From Macrostomum lignano (taxonomy: Eukaryota): 64,000 bases of DNA. The DNA is taken from the NCBI GenBank assembly GCA_002269645.1, contig NIVC01000369.1:62001-126000 (forward strand). Direction: 5' to 3'. A model generated the notes under the pieces. That model saw nothing but the letters and a program-made list of their open reading frames with translations. It ran no database searches and had not been told where the DNA came from. Position numbers and translations under genes: made by a program. Shown here piece after piece: positions 59,540 through 64,000 of the stretch; the stretch's first letter is position 1, and the number at the start of each line of letters is the position of its first letter.

Positions 59540-60268
59540 ATCGTATCGATTAGCGCGAGAATTAGAGCGAGGTGAGGCGAGGCTAGACTGGTTGTGTATT
59601 ATTGCCATGGAAATATCGTGAATTAACCGTCCAAAAATCCTTCGGTATGAGTGGTGATAGCTGATTTTAGATGTAAGCACATTATGTGTCACTATATTTT
59701 AGTAGATGTTGATCTAAGGGCAAAGGGTATTTTTTGCCAGAAGTCCTGTCTTGCCTACTACTTGAAACTGTGGAAACTTGTTAATGTCAATTATATTTTT
59801 ACTCTTAATTGTTTTTCACTTAAACGTGTTTGATCGCAAATAAATGAATGAAAAATGAATCAATGAATGAAACGACTGATAACAATGAAGTTTATTTTAA
59901 AAGAACAGGGATTTGGTAGCGTTATATTAATGAGACTCGGAGCAAGGCGTATTCCGAGCCATACAGGAACAAGCCATATAGACGTATCTTAGTAGTAGCT
60001 TAACAATGCGCATATCCACCCTGCGTACAATAAAAACTCAAACAAATAATAAAAATAGCAGATTAAATGTTATTATCAGAGGGGATCGAAGTCAGCAATT
60101 TTTATAATGGGGGGGGGAAGTCAGCAATTTTCAAATAACAGTCGAATAGATGTTGAAAACCTTACTCAATTATTGTACGTGCGATACAAATTGATACAGT
60201 AAATTTTACTCTTGAATCAAGTAAACAACACTTCAATTGTCAAATATTCTAAAAATCAGGAATGAAAT

Positions 60269-60654
60269 TTACTCCTCTGGTCTTTCAGAGTATGTTGGTG
60301 GTGGCGGGCCATACTGGTGCTGCTGCTGCAGCTGCTGCTGCTCAGAGCGAAGATCAGAGAGAAGCTCACTCAGCTCCTGCAGGACTCGATTCTGATACGA
60401 GTAGTCGAGCAGTGGCTGGTGCTGGTTCTCCGTGATGTTGCGCAATATTTGTTCCAGCTTCTGCAGTATGCGATTATACAACATCCTCACCTCCTCCAGC
60501 AACAAACGGTTCGGATCCTGACGGCCCTCTTGCTGCTCCTGCTGCAGCAGAACAGAATTGGAATCGCTTTGACTTTGCAGTTGTTGCATTGCGTCTTTAA
60601 TCTCAATCAGCTGCTCCTGCAGTTTATTGAACTGGTTCTGCTGTTCGTCAGACC
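60269..60654 (-). CDS. Putative Gln-rich coiled-coil terminal exon
   Basis: Open frame SDEQQNQFNKLQEQL...QQQHQYGPPPPTYSERPEE*, preceded by a 61-nt GTACAG...TTTCAG intron-like segment. Upstream exons are unresolved. Confidence 0.5.
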
Positions 60655-61378
60655 TGAAATGGTCGGTACAGCGGCACATTATGATGAAACAGATGAGAAA
60701 AGGATTTTCTGTACCTGCATCTAACAACTTCTCTACTTCTACACTAGGCCCAGAACGTGCAATCATCACTTATTTCAACTTCCTGTGGCGGATCTGACGG
60801 ATAGAAAGATAATTGAATCGTTAGTTTGCGGAGAAATCGCAATCCCAATCACCTTATCACCTGCATGACTCGCCACCGAAACAAACATATCCTGATCGAT
60901 GTATCATTGTATTGTGCAAGAGCTGTGAGAAAAGACATTTTATTTTCTGCTATTATTTAGATATTTCCCACTGGTACACCCGGTCATAATCGAAATCCGC
61001 CTCCCCTCTCAACCAAATCCTGGTTGTGCACCTGAGCTGCCCTGGCAATGTGGGAATAATCATGGCTTCAATTGCAGAAATTTTCGAGGCACTCAAAGCA
61101 AGCTATGCCGACATATTGAGTTCTGGTTGAGCAGCAATCTAGCCACGGCTGTTTTTGCCATAGACAATCGTTGTCACGCACTGCGACCGCTGATTCTTTG
61201 CATCAATTGTTTTTCTGTTTGACGACGTTTTGATTAAAAATGTGAATAATGATCGTCAAATTGCTAAACAATGTGCCATTGCTCCATTTTTGTAGAGATA
61301 TAACTATGCTGATCTTATCATAGGACAGACTGACTGACTCACTCACTCACACACACACACACATTCTCATTCCTTCTC

Positions 61379-61894
61379 TTACTCATTCCGGTGCTGCTGT
61401 TGCAGTTCTTTTACACTGACGCTCAGCTCCGCCATCTTTTGGCCAATTTTCTCCAAATTGCTGCTCGCCGCCGAAACAATATGTCCCTGCCGCTTCTGCT
61501 GATCCTGTAGTTGATCGATTTTAACTGCTAACTGCGCTTGATTTTGCTGCACGGAGTCCACATCCCATATGATTCGAGTTGATTGCTGCTGCAGCTCTTC
61601 GAGCCTCGTCAATATTTCTCTCAGCAGCCCGTCTGTATTCCGATTTTCCTGTTGCGGCGGCTGCTGCGGCTGCAGGTGCCCTACCTCCCAAATTTCCTGT
61701 TGCGGCAGCTGCTGCAGCTGCGGATGCTGCTCCGATTGGCCTTCTTCCAGCGCGCCATAATTGGCGGTCTTCGAACTCAGCTGCTCTTCCTCTGGCAGCG
61801 TCACATCCTGCTCCTGCGGCTTCTTTGTTTTACCGAGTCCTTTTTCTACCGTCTGAATCGCGTCATCTTCCTGCTGTTGGCTATTGCTAGCCAT
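61379..61894 (-). CDS. Putative Gln/Glu-rich coiled-coil protein or first exon (171 aa)
   Basis: ACAATGG start and a non-repetitive ORF; possible donor GTAAGA just before the stop. Confidence 0.5.
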   Translation of the reverse strand: MASNSQQQEDDAIQTVEKGLGKTKKPQEQDVTLPEEEQLSSKTANYGALEEGQSEQHPQLQQLPQQEIWEVGHLQPQQPPQQENRNTDGLLREILTRLEELQQQSTRIIWDVDSVQQNQAQLAVKIDQLQDQQKRQGHIVSAASSNLEKIGQKMAELSVSVKELQQQHRNE

Positions 61895-62258
61895 TGTGAG
61901 CTGTGGTCTGTGGTTAGTGGCCGCTGCTTTCAGTTACCACATGGTTACCACATATATAACCCATATTATATGTACGTGTGTGTGAGCTTGAGAAAGAGGG
62001 GTGAAGAGAGGCGATGGGGTGTGAGCTGACACTATACCAGCGAAAATAAATAGCGTGTACAAAGTGGAAGAGGCGGGAGGGGTGAGGAGGGCCTGCAATA
62101 CCACCTCTATCCATGTCATGCGTCTTTTCACATAGCCCAGACTGCACTCCCTCCGCCTTATCGATTTTATTCTGCGCGACAGGAATAGGGGAGAGAGGAG
62201 AGAGGAATGAGCGCTGTCATTCAAACCCAAGCGGCATTTAGGCTCTTGTTTATATCAA

Positions 62259-62430
62259 GAGTAGTTTACAGTAGTTTACACCCAAGCAACAGGTATACGC
62301 GCGTAAAACGCGAACGAAAACGCGCGTTTTATGCGCGTAATACGCGCGTACCTGTTGCTTGGGCAGTAGTTTACAGTAGTTTTCACAGTAGTTTACAGTG
62401 GTTTACAGTAGTTTACAGTAGTTTACAGAA
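62259..62430 (+). repeat. 10-bp tandem repeat CAGTAGTTTA (~8 copies) split by the mini-MITE
   Basis: Direct reading. Confidence 0.85.
62281..62363. mobile_element. 83-bp palindromic mini-MITE inserted in a (CAGTAGTTTA)n array
   Basis: Perfect 15-bp TIRs CCCAAGCAACAGGTA / TACCTGTTGCTTGGG; apparent 2-bp TSD CA; CGCG-rich interior. Confidence 0.8.
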
Positions 62431-62843
62431 TTTCACAAGCCCTAAATTTCATAACGCCAAAAAGCACTATGGAGATACGATTTGGGGCTTGTAAAATGTT
62501 GTATCTCCTTAGTGCTTTTTACGAGCGTATAGGCGTTGTGAAAGTACGGGTTAATGAAATTTCGAGCTTGTGAAAGTTTGTGTCTTGCGACGTTGTGAAG
62601 TTTAGGTTTTGTGAAAGCGACCCCCCCGTTATATTCATATTTGGTATTTGTTTCTGGTGTCAATCTATGAAATTTGGTAGATAAGGCTAAAGTGGTGCAA
62701 ATGACAGTATTAATTAGCGGTATATATATTGTCCCTTTATAAAAGTCACATTTTAAACTATTTTGTGTTTTCTGCATAATATTAATAATTTATTGAAGCT
62801 TACCAGGGCTTAGTCTAGTTTATTACGTCAATATTTTACTACA

Positions 62844-64000
62844 TGTAATTTGGCGGCTTGCAAAACAAAGCGAGTCTTGAAGAAAACGGTTGCCTTTATG
62901 TTTGATTGTACCCGTGGACTAAATAGAGTAGTAAAATTGGTGTCATGGACTCAAAGTCATTAAGGCTAGCCGCCACACAGCTCCCCCCAGCACCAAGCTA
63001 CTTGCCAAAGTGTAATGGCCGACACTTCCGATGTGGCTGTCGGCGACGCTGAATAATTGTTGGCGGCGCTGCTGGCTGTGTCTTATCCGTGTGCTCGGCT
63101 GGCTGCTGAAGTGGCGAGTCTGTAACTCTCCAACCGGTGTGAGGCGAAACGATACTGACTGGTGCCCGCCTGGGTCGACCTCGAGAGAGTAGCGCCGGCT
63201 GTGGAATGGGATCAGCAGTGTTCAACAGCGCTGGCTTTACCCTGTCCACGCTAACTCGATCTTTTCGGGTGCCTAGATCAAACAGAAAGGCTTTGGCTTC
63301 CCGCTCAATGACCTTGAATGGCCCATCATACGGTCTTTGCAACGCCGTGCAGTGACCGTCTCGACGGACGAATACGAACGTGCAGGTATCGAGGGCCGCG
63401 GGCCAAGCAGATGGACGGCTGCCGTGGTGCGACGTTGGCACCGGCCGAAAAGCCTGCACTGCTCTGCGCACTTGCGACAGGAACTGGTCGTAGCCCAGAG
63501 TGTCGGGTGGGCTGGGCAGTAGACACTCTCCGGGTAAGCTGATGGTGGCCCGTACACCAACTCTGCGGATAATGCTGGCAGATCTTCCTTGGGAGCCGTG
63601 CGGATGCCGAGAAGCACCCAGGGCAGCTCGTTTTGATCCAAGTCGGTCTGGATAAGCGCGCCATCAATGAAGCCTTTAATTGCCGATGAAAGCGCTCGAC
63701 TAGCCCATTCGACTGCGGGTGAAAAGCCGTTGTCTGGTGCAGCTGCATTCTGAGTAGCCGGGAGCAGTTCGTCCACAGCTGCGAAGTGAATTGCGAGCCC
63801 TTGTCTGATGTAATGTCAATTGGCACGCCAAAGCGGGCGACCCAATGGGAAATAAAAGCTGATGCACAGGCTGCTGCTGAAGTATCCGTCATTGGAATTG
63901 CCTCTGACCACCGAGTGAAGCGGTCCACGATGGTAAACAGGTGAGTGAAACCCTGTGACTGCGGCAGCGGTCCTACCAGATCCACGTGGACATGGGCAAA
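62844..64000 (-). mobile_element. Ty3/Gypsy retrotransposon 3' part (integrase core, GPY/F module, PPT, ~135-bp 3' LTR); continues beyond the window
   Basis: HVDLVGPLPQSQGFTHLFTIVDRFTRW.EAIP...RFGVPIDITSDKGSQFTSQLW...TTAFHPQSNGLVERFHRQLK; shifted ELPWVLLGIRTAPKEDL and LQRPYDGPFKVI...VSVDRVKPA. PPT CTGGGGGGAGC then TG(TG)TGGCGG...CCGCCAAATTACA (62979-62844). Frameshifted. Confidence 0.93.

Noticed and set aside
4871-64000. All five retroelements (3 Gypsy, PLE, SINE) are on the minus strand while most genes are on plus
   Set aside because: There are too few events, and most are intergenic. This is compatible with chance or ordinary antisense bias.

Overview
This is eukaryotic, repeat-saturated metazoan DNA: it has GT-AG introns, TTAGGG telomere-type repeats, and Gypsy, Penelope, hAT and SINE elements. 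The style resembles repeat-rich invertebrates such as macrostomid flatworms, which is inference only. I can reconstruct two conserved spliced genes on the + strand with consistent intron phases: EMC8/9 (3 exons, 207 aa) and SLC35F5 (6 exons, 662 aa). There is also a probable 6-exon single-pass membrane protein (465 aa), an uncharacterised 2-exon gene, an intronless ankyrin-repeat ORF on the - strand and two Gln-rich ORFs. A large share of the window is tandem arrays (units 4-42 bp), and nearly all long ORFs in the supplied track are artefacts of them. The most notable observations follow. (1) Every SLC35F5 intron holds a different tandem array, three consecutive ones have 40-bp units, and two arrays are built from copies of splice-site-like sequence. 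(2) A hAT-type non-autonomous element with intact 16-bp TIRs and an 8-bp TSD carries about 70 copies of a 21-bp satellite as cargo. (3) A Penelope GIY-YIG remnant with a minimal hammerhead-ribozyme-like motif sits in an EMC8 intron. (4) A Gypsy remnant has permuted order (integrase - intact orphan ORF - LTR-like - PBS - gag). (5) A decayed 28S rRNA fragment lies near the start of the window. There is no CRISPR array or prokaryotic system. All gene models and family assignments are by eye, without searches or RNA data.
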